A stretch of DNA of 64,000 bases from Thalia democratica (lineage: Eukaryota), in the NCBI GenBank assembly GCA_965202585.1, contig OZ241826.1, forward strand, positions 19,282,001-19,346,000, written 5' to 3'. The number at the start of each line of letters is the position of its first letter. Within the stretch, counting starts at the first letter, position 1. Of this stretch, positions 14,099 through 26,322 are shown one piece after another. The notes under the pieces were generated by a model, which was not told where the DNA came from, did not search any database, and saw only the letters and a program-made list of their open reading frames with translations. The position numbers and the translations under genes are program-made.

Positions 14099-14840
14099 AG
14101 AGAAAAAGTGTTATGCTAACACGACTAAGTATTAATACTTTTAGCAAAAAATTTATTTCTAAATTAGCATGAAGTTGTAGAATTAGTTATCTCTTAGTTT
14201 TTATAGTTAATAATAAAAGTTTTTGTATAAATACTTTTTCTGAAAGACTATCTATTGTCCAAAAAATTGCTATAGTTTAAGAAAGTAGAACTAGTTTTAA
14301 TAAAGTATGCGATTTTTTAATACTGGTCAGAATTTCTATTATCTTATTTAGTGCTGGTGTGTTAATGTATCAATAAATAAAAATATAAAAACTCTACGGC
14401 ATGTTTCGTAAATTTATAGACTATCTATAAAAGTACATATTTCTGATATAATATAAAATTTTAGTAAAAGTTCTTAAACTTTGAAATGTTACCTTAAAAC
14501 ATTTGATTTAATATCTAAAAATATAATTTAGAACTACTTTTCAAAAATTTTTATTTAAAATCGAAGGTGTAAAACTGTTTAGCCTATTGTATTAGCCTTA
14601 TTTTAACTATTACTTCACTTAGTAAAAACTTACGTATGTATTTTGTTTTATGACCTCTGAGCCTAAGTTTTATGCTAACAAAAATATTTAAGCTAATGAT
14701 TTCAAAGCATAAGCTAAATTGTCAGCTTTTGAATAACAACTTATTTCTTGCTAGCTGGGTACAAGATCGACCACTTATATTGAAGTTTAAACAATAAATT
14801 TCTAAAGAGCTTCACACTTAAGGAGCCTTTATACAATTAT

Positions 14841-15022
14841 GACAAAAGTTAAATTGTTAAAAAGCTTATTACTTAACAATTGTTTCACGCTAGAGCGATG
14901 ATCACAAGTAAAAAAGTAATTAAACTTACTTTTTGTCTTTGTTTGTTTACTTTATTTTTACTTGTGATCATCGCTCTAGCGTAAAAAAATTGTAAAGTAA
15001 TAAACTCAATTTAACTTTTGTC
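14841..15022. repeat. 182-bp fold-back (imperfect palindrome)
   Basis: acgctagagcgatgatcacaagtaaaaa (from 14887) pairs perfectly with tttttacttgtgatcatcgctctagcgt (ending 14982). Outer gacaaaagttaaattg (14841) pairs with caatttaacttttgtc (15007-15022). Confidence 0.85.
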
Positions 15023-15514
15023 TAAATCGACAACTTATATACAAAAAAATTCTTAAAATATTTTGTTTAATATTTTTTGCCACTCATTTATAAAAACTAA
15101 AATTTCCGTTTTTATAACGTGTGAAATTTTCAAACCTGATTTATCTAACCCATCTAATAAAAACTAGAAACTAAGCACCAACGCAAATTGTACACTTGAA
15201 TAATTTAAGAGAAATATTAAAGTTAACACTTTGTTTTGATCGATATTTTTGTTGCAATATTAACTTATTAGTTTTAATTCCATTTAGAAACTGACTGATC
15301 TAAAGCTCATTAAATACTTACATATAACCTGCAAAATTGAATATTTTTGCACTATTTTTATTTTAAACCTAGGTTTTCGAACTTTTTTTAAAGACCCTTT
15401 TTAAAAAAGAGCTATTACCCTGTTTAAATAATTACTCAAAAACTACCATTAAAAACGCCTAAGACCTTTTTTTAGCTCTTATCTTCAACTCAAGAATATC
15501 TAGTATAAGTTTCA

Positions 15515-15598
15515 AATCATGACCTCATGGCCCCTAAATTTCTGCCATGGACCCCGATGGGGCCACTTTGCCCACTATAGGAAACCCTGCTCTAAACG
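15515..15598 (-). mobile_element. Terminal relic of a CAGGGTTTCC-ended DNA transposon (hAT-like)
   Basis: GC-rich island. Minus strand reads cagggtttcctatagtgggcaaagtggccccatcggggtcccatggc, resembling hAT MITE ends. No partner end found. Confidence 0.4.
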
Positions 15599-16784
15599 TT
15601 GTTAAGTAAGCTTCATGAACAAGTTTTGAAGTTAAGTTTATTAAAGTTTTAAAATTTTTTACCTTGTAGTTCTTATTAAAAGTTAGCAAACATATAATTA
15701 TAAAATTACTTTCTATAAGCTTATTGATTTTATTTTTGTTATATACCACTTAGACAAAACATCATCAAAGCAAGTTTGAAATAAATTGTCCTAAAAATAA
15801 TCAAAATAAAATTTTAAACTAAAGTAGCATGAATCTATAAGTTAAATAAAAACAGTTCACTTGTACTAATTAGTCCTTAAACACAGGCTACCTTAATATA
15901 AAGCACTTTCCTACATACAACTACTACATGGTAGAAGTTTGCTCGCATAAACTTTTTATGACGCATTCTAAGCGCTACAGCGACGTCATGCGTTTTTATT
16001 TCGCGAATTGAATCGTCGATTTTGTCCAAAAATACTTGCTATAAATTAATAACTAATGAAAGTTATTCCATATTTTTATTTTGGTCAAAACTTTGCAGCA
16101 AGCACAAGCTTGTTAAAATTATTCAAGTTTTTAAAAATTCTGACCCTGAATATTTTGTTTGCCTTAAATTAAAATTAATAATTAAACATATTTTTTGAAA
16201 AGTTATTGTTTAGAAATAAAATTTTTATTTTTCTATAAACGTAAAAAATTTAGTATAGAAATTTTGAACTAAATTTAACTAAAGCTTTTTACAAGTAAAT
16301 TAAATTTACTAACTGCATTGGTTATCATGTCTACTTTATTAAGGCACAAAGTTTGTTTAATTATTATTTTATTAACGTTTAAGTTTGGTATTATTCTGTT
16401 ATTAAAAAGTAAATAATTCAACAATTAAAGTTAAGTTGAGTGCTTATAAAAATAATTTATGTAATTAGTTACTAAAAACACAAAAAGTGTTTATTTTTTG
16501 CTTTTAAAAAATGGTTTAATTAGATCGCAATTTTTTGTAAGCAGAAATGGTCCACGTTTGAAAAGCTGATAAAACTGAAGAATATTTAAATTTTTAAATA
16601 AAGTGGTGTTACTGTTTGAGAACTTTAATTTATTACGGAATGTGCAAAATTAATTAGAAACTTTGCTAATTTATTATTATAAAATATCTTAAAAAAGATA
16701 CTCGAAATTTAAAACGTTTAGTAGTTTTTAATACATATAAAGTACTTAAATATTTATTTCTTTAATATACAACAGAAATTGATT

Positions 16785-17483
16785 AAATTTTGTTTACTAG
16801 GCCATGAAGTTTTAGAAACTTGTACAATAAAACTTTACATTTACAAAAATCTTTTAATTTTAATTTGGAATGTAATTACCCTTAAAAGATCAGTACTGTA
16901 ACTTAAAGTTAAATTAAAAAACAGTTCTATGTTGTTACAACAGAAACAAATTTTAATGTTCTCTATTTGTTATTATTATAGTAAGTACTTAATGGGCCAG
17001 ATATTTTTATTGGCGGGCCAAATCTGGCTCTCTGGCCGTTAGCTGCACACTCGTACATTACACAGTTAACTATAGAATTTTTAAAATGTGTAAACAAAAT
17101 AAAAGTATCTTTGTATTATTTTATACTAATTTATTTAATTAATTTCTAAACATGCTGAAGGTCGTAGAAATAAATAAAACACTGTCATAGTAGTTTCTTT
17201 TAGACAGTAGGAATAAATATATAAATTACGATTAGTTTTTGAATGCAGTCAGATTTGGCCCGCCAATAAAATATCTGGCCCATTAAGTATTTACTCTAAT
17301 AATAAAAAATAGAGAACATTAAAATTTTTCTGTTTTAAAAACATAGAACTGCTGTTTAATTTTACTTTAGCTTACAGTATTGCTTTTTTAATGATCACTA
17401 CATTGCAAATTAAAACTAAAAGAGTTTTTGTAAAGTTTTATAGTACAAGTTTCTAAAACTACATGGCCTAGTAAACAAAATTT
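16785..17483. repeat. Long inverted repeat, ~245-bp arms and ~220-bp spacer
   Basis: aaattttgtttactaggccatg...gggccagatatttttattggcgggccaaatct (16785-17025) is the reverse complement of agatttggcccgccaataaaatatctggccc...catggcctagtaaacaaaattt (17251-17483). Roughly 85-90% identity by eye. Confidence 0.9.
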
Positions 17484-19119
17484 ATTAAGTTCTATCGCTA
17501 AAATCATTTTTTTTGTAATCTCTTTACGCTGACTAAAAAAATATGCATTTGTAGCAAAGAAAACATTTTTTTAACACAAATATAAGTATATCATAAGTAT
17601 AAAGTTAGTTACTAGTAGTTTACTGGGTACTGGTTTATTGTTTTTAATTATTTTTATCATAAATAGTAAAAATACAACTGAATGTGTACTATTTATTGTA
17701 AAAAAACTGTTTGGTATAAAATCTGAAGGTTTCTTAAGTTCTTCTTGATTTGCCCATTCAAATCTTTTCGGCTAATGTTTCATGCACTAGTTATTCAAAC
17801 ATTGAGGTTTTGTTTATGCAGCTTCAGACATCAATTTAAGGTTGTATTAGACGTTTTTTTTTTAATATAATAACTAACTAACTCAATGATCGTTATATTT
17901 TGTTTAACAATTAGCAAATCTACTTTCCCCACAAAAAAGGTTGTTTAAAAGTTCTAGATATCCAATAAAAATTCGACGCAACTGTTACGTGTTATCTAGT
18001 TTGTTCGTAATAAAATACTAAATAAAATTATCATTCTAAACAGTTAACAAAGGAATAGTTTTATAAAAGCTATTTACTATAATATTTTTATTGTAGTCTT
18101 CATTACAAAAACGTGAATGCGATTTATATTAAAACCTTGTTTTTCAAACTTCTCATTTAAGTTTTAACAAATATTAAAGCCAGTGTAAAAACCTTTTATT
18201 TACTTACAGTGCAAAGCTCGGTGGTTGTACTCATAGCTTACGTTCAACTAATGCACTGTTAGTAGAAAAAATTTATTTCTTTGTTTTCGAATTTACTGGT
18301 AAGTTACAAAAGCGAAGTTTCTTAGTTTTTTCAAAAGTAACTTGATCCGCATCTGGCAAGTTCTCAGCTTATTATCAATTAGGATCTGGCCGGATCCGGA
18401 TCTTTGTCTTGGTAAATCACTAAATATAGATAGAGAAAGGTTAAATGATTTTAACTTTTAGTAATTTGAATATAATTTATTGGCTTATCACACATTTTTT
18501 ATTTAATACTCGAACTTAGAAAGATTGATATTGGAAAACAAAAATTTAAATTTATACAACGATAAATTAAGTCGTTTTTAAGTACACGTTTTTTATTTTG
18601 TTTTTAAACAAAAGTATATTTAATCCAGTGGAAGTAAAAAACTAAACCAGTTAAGATAGAATGTTTATTAGTTTTTTTAAAATATTTGAAACTAAGTATT
18701 GACTATGAAATAACTGTTTTAAATCCTTAATTATCAATGTTATATTTAGTTTGTTTAGATGTTGCGTATCGCGACCAGACCTATCTCCGGTATATTTTTA
18801 AACCAATCTTATTGTTACATTACTACTTTTGAATAAAGTTTGATTTCAGCTGCATTTTAGATTCAACATTTTTAAACGTAGTAAGTAGAACTTTGTTCAT
18901 TAATTAAACTTATTAACAAGACCGAGTTAATTATGATTTTTTTGTTGTAGACTATGTTTGTTACAAATGTTTGTTTTATTCAAATATTGTATTGTATGTT
19001 TATAATATTCTTACTAATTATAAATAACTATTAATTAATTTTTTATTCCTTTTGAGATGAGACTATTATAGTTATTTCTAAACAATTAGTAGGCAAAATT
19101 TATAAGTACAAGTTTTTTT

Positions 19120-19672
19120 ATTATTTTAGTTATGTTAAGGTTTCTGTTATAAGTTGAAGTTACTACTAAATTAATCAGTATTTATATAATACTTAAGCTT
19201 CATTATTTTATCACTTTTTACAATTATATTTAAAAAAAATGTTTGCATCTGAACTAAATTGTTTTTTGGATACTTAAATTTTAATTTTGTGATTTTTAAA
19301 AACAATAGAATTTTCATACAAAAAACTATAGACATTTTTAATTTGTTTTATAGAAATAAGAATAATTTCTTTGTAATTTTATGAAAAATTTATGTTTATA
19401 AAAGATATAATTTCGTTTGTTAAAAAACAGTTTTTTTTTACAAGCTTTTAAAGTTTTTTAGCTAGAATTAAAATGAATTTGTCTGTTCTATCAACGCTTC
19501 TTGCTTAGCTTTTTAGAAGCTACGACCATTTTGTATTCGTATCCAAAGTAAACTTAAACAAAATGTCATCAGGAACTTTCTGATATTTCTGAGTTTCATA
19601 CAAAACAGAAGACTGACTAAAAGTCAGTACAATAATGTAATTAACAGAAAATATATAAACAGTTAAGTATTA
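19120..19672 (-). repeat. Left arm of inverted repeat flanking Kelch-A (decayed Kelch-B-like sequence)
   Basis: Reverse complement of 21530-22100 (e.g. gtttgcatctgaactaaatt / aatttagttcagatgcaaac; atgtcatcaggaactttctgatatttctga / tcagaaatatcagaaagttcctgatgacat). Confidence 0.9.
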
Positions 19673-20087
19673 AGAAGTGATTAGTTTTTTATTATGATTA
19701 GTTTAGTTTACTTTAGTGATTTTAAAACTTTATGTAGGCAAAAACTACTAAGAAAAGATTTTTATATTAATTTATTTATGTTATAGTTTTAATCGATAAC
19801 CTGATAATAATAAGTCTTTGAATATATTAGTGCGTTTATTGTACAACAGATCATTTTCAAAATAAAAAAACATACGAAAAAGCAAAAAATATAACAAAAA
19901 GAATCCATAGAAAATAAACAAATACATAGGAAATGTTATTAACGTTTATATAAAAAGGTTCTAAACAACTAAATTACTGTGCAAATTTATAAACAACTAT
20001 CGAACGTTACATTTTACGTAAACAAAAGACTGAACAAACATTTGTAAGTCAATATATAAACACATTTATCATTTTCTGTTATGTAGC

Positions 20088-21059
20088 TTATACTTTGTAA
20101 TATTTGATACAAGATGGGCAAATAGAGCTTTGAGTAATTTCAATTGTATTACAACAAATGTTTGACCATTTTTCTTGATCTACATCATACATGTAAATAA
20201 TTGAATTTTTCAAATTATCATAAAAATGATAAAAAACAACTATATTATTTCCAATACTAAAAGCGTCAATCCAACAACTTGTTATAGTTGGTAGTTTTAA
20301 ACTAGATTTTAAGGTTGCAAACTTCCTTGAAAAACTGTCAAAAAGTTCACTGGTTGTGGTACTATACCCACCAATAACAAACATTTTGTTACCCATACTA
20401 ACTGCAGAATGATCATGTCTTTTTTCAATCATATCAGGTAAAAACTTCCATTTATTTTCATGATGATCATATGATTCTACTGATAATAAAATTCCAGTGT
20501 CATTAAAACCACCTGTAATAACAATTTTACCTTGGAAAACTGTACAAGCAGCACTACTTCTATTTACATTCAAATCTGCTACTTTGTTCCTTTTAAAAGT
20601 GTTGATATTATAACTATAACATGAACTAAGATTTGTATCACTGCTTTCAATCCATCCTCCGATTATAAACAGCCTTCTCATGAACGAACTAAGACAATAA
20701 TAAAACCGTTCCTTGAAGTATACATAGTGGTGTTTCCAAGCTTTTGTTTTTTCGGAATAAATTTCAACAGACGTACAAGAGCTATTTAACTTTTTGTAGC
20801 GATTTACGCAATCAAGAAAAGCATATATTTTAGAATTTATAGTTACAGCTTTCAAAAAATTATGTTGTTTCACCGTTGAAGGAAACTCATTTACTTCAAA
20901 ACTAGGTATTTCAATTTCTTCTACTTGATTCACAACTTTACCATTTCTGTCTCTTCCTCCAAAAACAAGAATACTGAAACCTTCTTGGTTACAATATCTA
21001 TTTTCATACAAAACATTTGGTACAAAAGGAGAAGTTAAAAATTTACTCTTTGATGTCAT
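20088..21059 (-). CDS. Kelch-repeat protein A, 323 aa, intact, no BTB/BACK domain
   Basis: Kelch GG/W repeats (LFIIGGW, IVITGGF..SVESYDHHENKW, MFVIGG). Single exon preceded by a tttag acceptor 7 nt upstream of the ATG (exon starts 21066). Confidence 0.9.
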   Translation of the reverse strand: MTSKSKFLTSPFVPNVLYENRYCNQEGFSILVFGGRDRNGKVVNQVEEIEIPSFEVNEFPSTVKQHNFLKAVTINSKIYAFLDCVNRYKKLNSSCTSVEIYSEKTKAWKHHYVYFKERFYYCLSSFMRRLFIIGGWIESSDTNLSSCYSYNINTFKRNKVADLNVNRSSAACTVFQGKIVITGGFNDTGILLSVESYDHHENKWKFLPDMIEKRHDHSAVSMGNKMFVIGGYSTTTSELFDSFSRKFATLKSSLKLPTITSCWIDAFSIGNNIVVFYHFYDNLKNSIIYMYDVDQEKWSNICCNTIEITQSSICPSCIKYYKV

Positions 21060-21529
21060 AGTGAACCTAAATAGAGTGTAGTGCTAAATAGCAGTAAATA
21101 TTTATTAATTTGAAATATAATTGATCGTATAAGAAATAAACTCTGTATATTTATTATCATGTTAGTAATAAATTATTTAGCTTAGAAAATAACCAAATAA
21201 TAAACAAATTACTACATTTAAATAACAATTGATATTTTGTTTTTACAAATACAATAGATATCTGGTTAGATTTTTGTACATAATTTATTACAAAAATAGT
21301 TTTTTTTTTGAATAATTTTTTTGAAAATTTTTGATAGTTTTTTTACATTTATTAATTTTTTTAAATTAATTTTAGATTTTCTATAGCCCTGTTAAAGGGG
21401 GCATTGAGAAAAAATTCAGGAAAACCTTATCTAAACTTATAAACATCATTGGTAATGTAAAGAAACCGTATCTGTAAAATCACTGTTGTAAGCATATGTA
21501 GTTTTATTAAAAAGAAAGTTTTTTTTCAA

Positions 21530-22100
21530 AATACTTAACTGTTTATAAATTTTATGTTACTTATATTATTGTAATGTCTTTTAGTCAGTGTTGTCTTTTG
21601 TATCAAATTCAGAAATATCAGAAAGTTCCTGATGACATTCTGTTTAAGTTTACTTTGGACTAAAATACAAAATGGTTGTAGGTTCTAAAAAGCTAAGAAA
21701 GAAGCGTTGATAGAATAAAGAAAATTCATTTTAATTCTAGCTAAAAAACTTAAAAGATTGTAAAAAAAAAAATGATATACTCATAAAGTACTTTGACACA
21801 AACGAAATTATATATGTTTAAAACATAAATTTTTGATAAGATTTTAGTGTATTCATTTTTATTTCTATAAAAAAAATTAAAAATGTTTATAGTTTTTTGT
21901 ATAAAAATTAAGTTGAGAAGTTTAGTTTTTGTTTTAAAACTCACAAAATTAAAACTTTAGTATCGAAAAGTAATTTAGTTCAGATGCAAACATTTTTTTA
22001 AATATCATTGTAAAAAGAAATAAAATAACGGAATTTAAGTGTTAACTAATAAATGATTAATTTAGTAGTAACTTAAACTTATAATAGAATGTTAACATAA
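21530..22100 (+). pseudogene. Right arm of inverted repeat, decayed Kelch-B-like 5' coding sequence
   Basis: Reads QKVPDDILFKFTLD (cf. Kelch-B SQVTNDVVFKFTFD), then TKLYMF (cf. KELYVF), with many stops. Confidence 0.65.
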
Positions 22101-25100
22101 AAAGCAACAAAATAAGTAATACCTACTTTCTTTTAATTTTTTTATTGTCAAACTACTTAATTAGTGAAATTTACGAAGTTACACTGATGAAATTGACTTC
22201 TTTTTCTATCATAAGTAAACTTTAACACAGTAGCTTTAGCTTTTTGGAAGCAGTGTATATTTTGGTACAAGATTAATGACTGATTACAATTCGTTTTAAC
22301 TCAAAATGAAAAACTGTAAGGCTAGTGAAAAACTGCTATACTTATGAAATACTTTTGCATAAACGTAATTAAATTTTTATAAACATTTATTTTAAGATAA
22401 AGTTAGTGTATAATAATTAGTCCTACATGAAATACAATGAAATTGTGTTCAACTTTTTCTAAAAAAATTGTCTTTGTAAGTTTACTTTTACTTTAAAACT
22501 CACATATTAAAATTAAAAATATCTGATGAAAATTTAGTTGTTTAAAACCGTATTTTTTAGGACTGCATAAAATAATAAAACAGTTGAACAAAAGCAATAA
22601 TTTAGTTAGTAATATCTAAAACTTATACTAAAAAATTTGTTTAAAAATCACAAAATTTGTTAAATACAAATAAGTTAAAATTTATTATAATTTTTTTTTG
22701 TAAAACAGTTCTAATAGAAACTACTTATTTCATGACTTATTTAAACAATAAGATCTTTTGTCCAAGTTATTGTTTTTAACCTTAAATAAAGAAACGAGTA
22801 TACTACTTCTTTTTAAAAAAATAACTTAGTTAAAAAGCTAATATAACTTAATGTAAAATTTAAAAAAAAATACTAAAACCAAAAAACTATTTAAATTAAT
22901 ACATTTAAATTTAATATATGATATAGAACTGTAGGATTTTAAAACGTTAGGAAATATTTTAATGTTTTATTACCACAAAATTTATAAATTTATTTCGTAA
23001 AATTTCTTAAATCTTATTAGCTAGTAAATGTGTAGTTTTCAAAGTCTTTACGAAAAATTTGTACTACTAAACTAAAAAACTTCAATTTAAATTTAACAAA
23101 AATTCAAAAAAGATTACAATTAAGGTTTGAATACATATAATAAAATCAATAAATTAACGTATTTAAGCGATTAAATTAATTAGGCACTTCTTTTTTTTAT
23201 CACAAAACTAATTGTACCTATTAAACAGTTATTTTATGCATTCATTAGTTTGTAATGTGATAGAAAACTTCAATATAAATTTTAAAAAGTCTTTTTTTAT
23301 CTTAGTAGTAAAGCTGTAGACATATAAACAAGTAAGACTATCTAGTAAAACAATCAGTAAGAAACTTTGATTTTGGTTTATTAAAACCCTTTAAGAGCTA
23401 AATCTTATAATTTCATAAATCAGTTATAAATGTCAAACATACAAAATAATCATAAAACTTTATCATACTTTAGAAAAGAAAAAAGTAGAAAATAAAAAAT
23501 AAGCAGTTCTAATACAATTAAGCATATTTAATATAAAAATATCATCAATTAAAAGTTTGAAAATTTTTTTAACATTTCTCCATTTGTAACGTAAGTTATC
23601 GAAAATGTGGTCAAAAAGATAAAATAGATGAAATTTTTTTTGCATAATATAAAAGATATATTTGTTTACTTTTACATTAAGATAGCAAAAAATAGTTCGT
23701 ATAAGAAGTACTTTTTGTTATGTTTTAAAACGTATTAAAGGTTTAGTTTAAAGAAAACTAATTTAATATTTCTCTCTAACACAAAGTTGAATACTGGCTA
23801 CAATTAGTTTTTAAAATTCTGCTGAGAAATAGTATAATATATTAACATAAATGAATAATGAAAATTATTAAACTATGTTACATAAAGCCGCTTAAACAAT
23901 TTTTTTTAATTTATTTGACGTAAATATTTTTTTTTAACTAACTACCTCGTATATTTTTTCAATGATGTTAATATTTATCGTTCGATTTCGTTTGAATCTC
24001 AGGTCGTCAAGTTATTTTAATTAAAAATAAATTATTTTTTTTAATATGAATGATTGTACTTTTGATACTTGTAACGATATCAAATGTTTTTTTTTTCCCA
24101 TTTAGAACCTTTAAAAAACCTTAATTTACTTATTTGTTTTTTCATCAAGCCTTAAAAAAAAAGTTCACGTTTGTTGTCCGTCGTTATTCAAAAATAAATT
24201 ATTTTATTCGCTAAGTTATTTGAACTTGATCTGCTTAACTAATTTTTTTTACATATCATTGAATATGTTTTTCTAACAATAAGACAAGTTAGTCACTAAT
24301 TATAGTAAGTACTTTGTTTTAAGTTTCTTGTCTAAAAAATGTTTTGTTATTCTCGTTAGCTTCACAATGTAGAGTAGAACTTTCTCGTTGTCATGAAAAA
24401 CAAGAAAAAGATTTATATTTAAGTTTAACCATTATTAACAATTAATATAAAGTAGTTATTCTTTTTTGGTACACATATATATATATATATATATACATAA
24501 TTTAGCTTCTTTTTTTTTCCTTAAAGTATTTATTTTTAACAGAGCTCTGTTGAAGTGTGTTATCCCGTTAACGCACAGAAACATGTGTTAGTGTAATAAA
24601 GTAAAAATAATGTTTAACTTGTTATTTTTATACAATCCACTGAACTTGTTTCGCTTGGATCTAAGTAAACAAACTAAAAAAAATCTATTTTCAAATAGTT
24701 AGACATTATCGATACAAATGAAAGTAAAGGTATTGAATTTTTGAAACTGGAAAAATAACACTTATTGATTTGCATATTTACTTTAATTTTATCAAGACAA
24801 GCATTTTCTGTCTAATTATTATTGTCATTAAATAGTTTTTATATAGGACTTAAAAAAAAGTAAACTAAAGGATATTACTTGATAACATGAAGTGAAATTT
24901 TAACATATTACACAGTTTCAACATAATTTAAAAGTTACTGTTATATTATTGTATTGTACGTTTTTGCTATAATTAAATGATTCTAATATTAAATTGAATT
25001 ATATTATTAAACAAATTACAGGTATTTAGTGATAACTATGACTGTAGAATTTAAACTATAAATGTTGCATTGTCGAAAAATTTATTTTATTTTAAGTTTA

Positions 25101-25521
25101 ACTATCTAAGTTGTAGGAGGTAATAAAAACAAAATAAACTACATTCAAATTTTTTTCTTTGTTTTTAGCCTGTAATTTATTAACTTCTCAATAATTATTT
25201 TTTTTGTTTTAAAACATTTTAATACTTTCAGAGACAAATCCAAATTAAAGAAATCTAAACCAACATGAAGTCTCAAGAGAAATTTTAAGTTTTTCTGGAA
25301 AACAATTATGTATTTTGTGTATGCTTCAAGACTTTTATAACACATCTTATGTAAAAAAATCATAAATAATTATGAATTTTTCCAGATACTAGATTGATAG
25401 AGAATCTAACGAGATATTCAACACAATAAAAAATTTTTAACTAAATTTAGTTTTGATTTTATATCTTGCTTTCCGTTTAATGCCTTTAAATTCAAAAAAA
25501 AACTTAAAAAACAAAAAAAAA

Positions 25522-26322
25522 TCAATACTTTTGTTTACAACGTAAAGATTTATTTATGAACAAAGCTAAAAGAAAATGAAAACTAAATAAATAAGAACAA
25601 AAACACATTATACATTCACCTAACAAAAATTGCTCGATAAAACGTAATGAATAAATCTTCAAACTAAAAGTTTCATTCTTTGTATCATACAAAATAAACT
25701 GATGAGTGTTGTCCGATAAAATGTTTAATAACACAACTTTATTTCCAAAACAACAAGCACTAGATTTCCTTACTTCAAACTTTTTAAAATCAATTTCACA
25801 GTTAATTGAAGTAAACTTTCTTGTTATACTGTTAAAAACCTCCCAGGTTTTATTATATCGTACAGCAGTTACAAACATTTTGTTACCAACGCCAACTGAA
25901 GAATGACCGCATCTTCTTTCGATCATGTTGGGTAAACAAGTCCATTTGTTTTCATGATGGTCATATGCTTCTACTGAATTCACTAAACTTAAAAGGCCTG
26001 GAGAAAATTTACTGCCTCCACTAACAACAATTTTACCTTCAAAAACTGTGCCTGTCCCGGACAGTCTACTTTTGTTCATTCTTGCTATACCATACCAATT
26101 TTTTAGTTTGAAATCGTATTTGTGACTCAGCTCACCATATTTATTGAAGACATATAGTTCTTTTAAAAATAGAAAATTATTAGTCCATCTACAAAATTCT
26201 GGAAAGTTAGAGGAAGAATTCTGAAAAACTACCCCTTTTGAACAAAAGTAATCACAGAAGCTAGCTTTGATGAACATTTTGTCGTTAAAAACAGGCTGGA
26301 TGGTTTCTTCATTAAGTAGCAT
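25522..26322 (-). CDS. Divergent Kelch-repeat protein B, copy 1 (5' frameshifted, possible pseudogene)
   Basis: 266-aa ORF with IVVSGG..SVEAYDHHENKW..NKMFV. The upstream homologous frame (MICSQSSILHQNRHCSQ, ATG near 26450) is cut off by a net +16-nt insertion near 26329-26348. Confidence 0.75.
   Translation of the reverse strand: MLLNEETIQPVFNDKMFIKASFCDYFCSKGVVFQNSSSNFPEFCRWTNNFLFLKELYVFNKYGELSHKYDFKLKNWYGIARMNKSRLSGTGTVFEGKIVVSGGSKFSPGLLSLVNSVEAYDHHENKWTCLPNMIERRCGHSSVGVGNKMFVTAVRYNKTWEVFNSITRKFTSINCEIDFKKFEVRKSSACCFGNKVVLLNILSDNTHQFILYDTKNETFSLKIYSLRFIEQFLLGECIMCFCSYLFSFHFLLALFINKSLRCKQKY

Noticed and set aside
19120-22100. Pack-MULE call for the IR-flanked Kelch-A
   Set aside because: No TSD or sharp termini found, and the arms are pseudogene-derived. 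Kept only as a hypothesis in findings.
22150-22400. BACK-domain relic (FLEAVYIWYKIND) upstream of Kelch-A
   Set aside because: Weak similarity, many stops, and on the opposite strand to Kelch-A.
25699-25705. CTGATGA hammerhead-like core (also 39778, 352, 21633, 22194, 52423)
   Set aside because: No stem II followed by GAAA and no closing stem I. The first two lie antisense within Kelch-B coding sequence.
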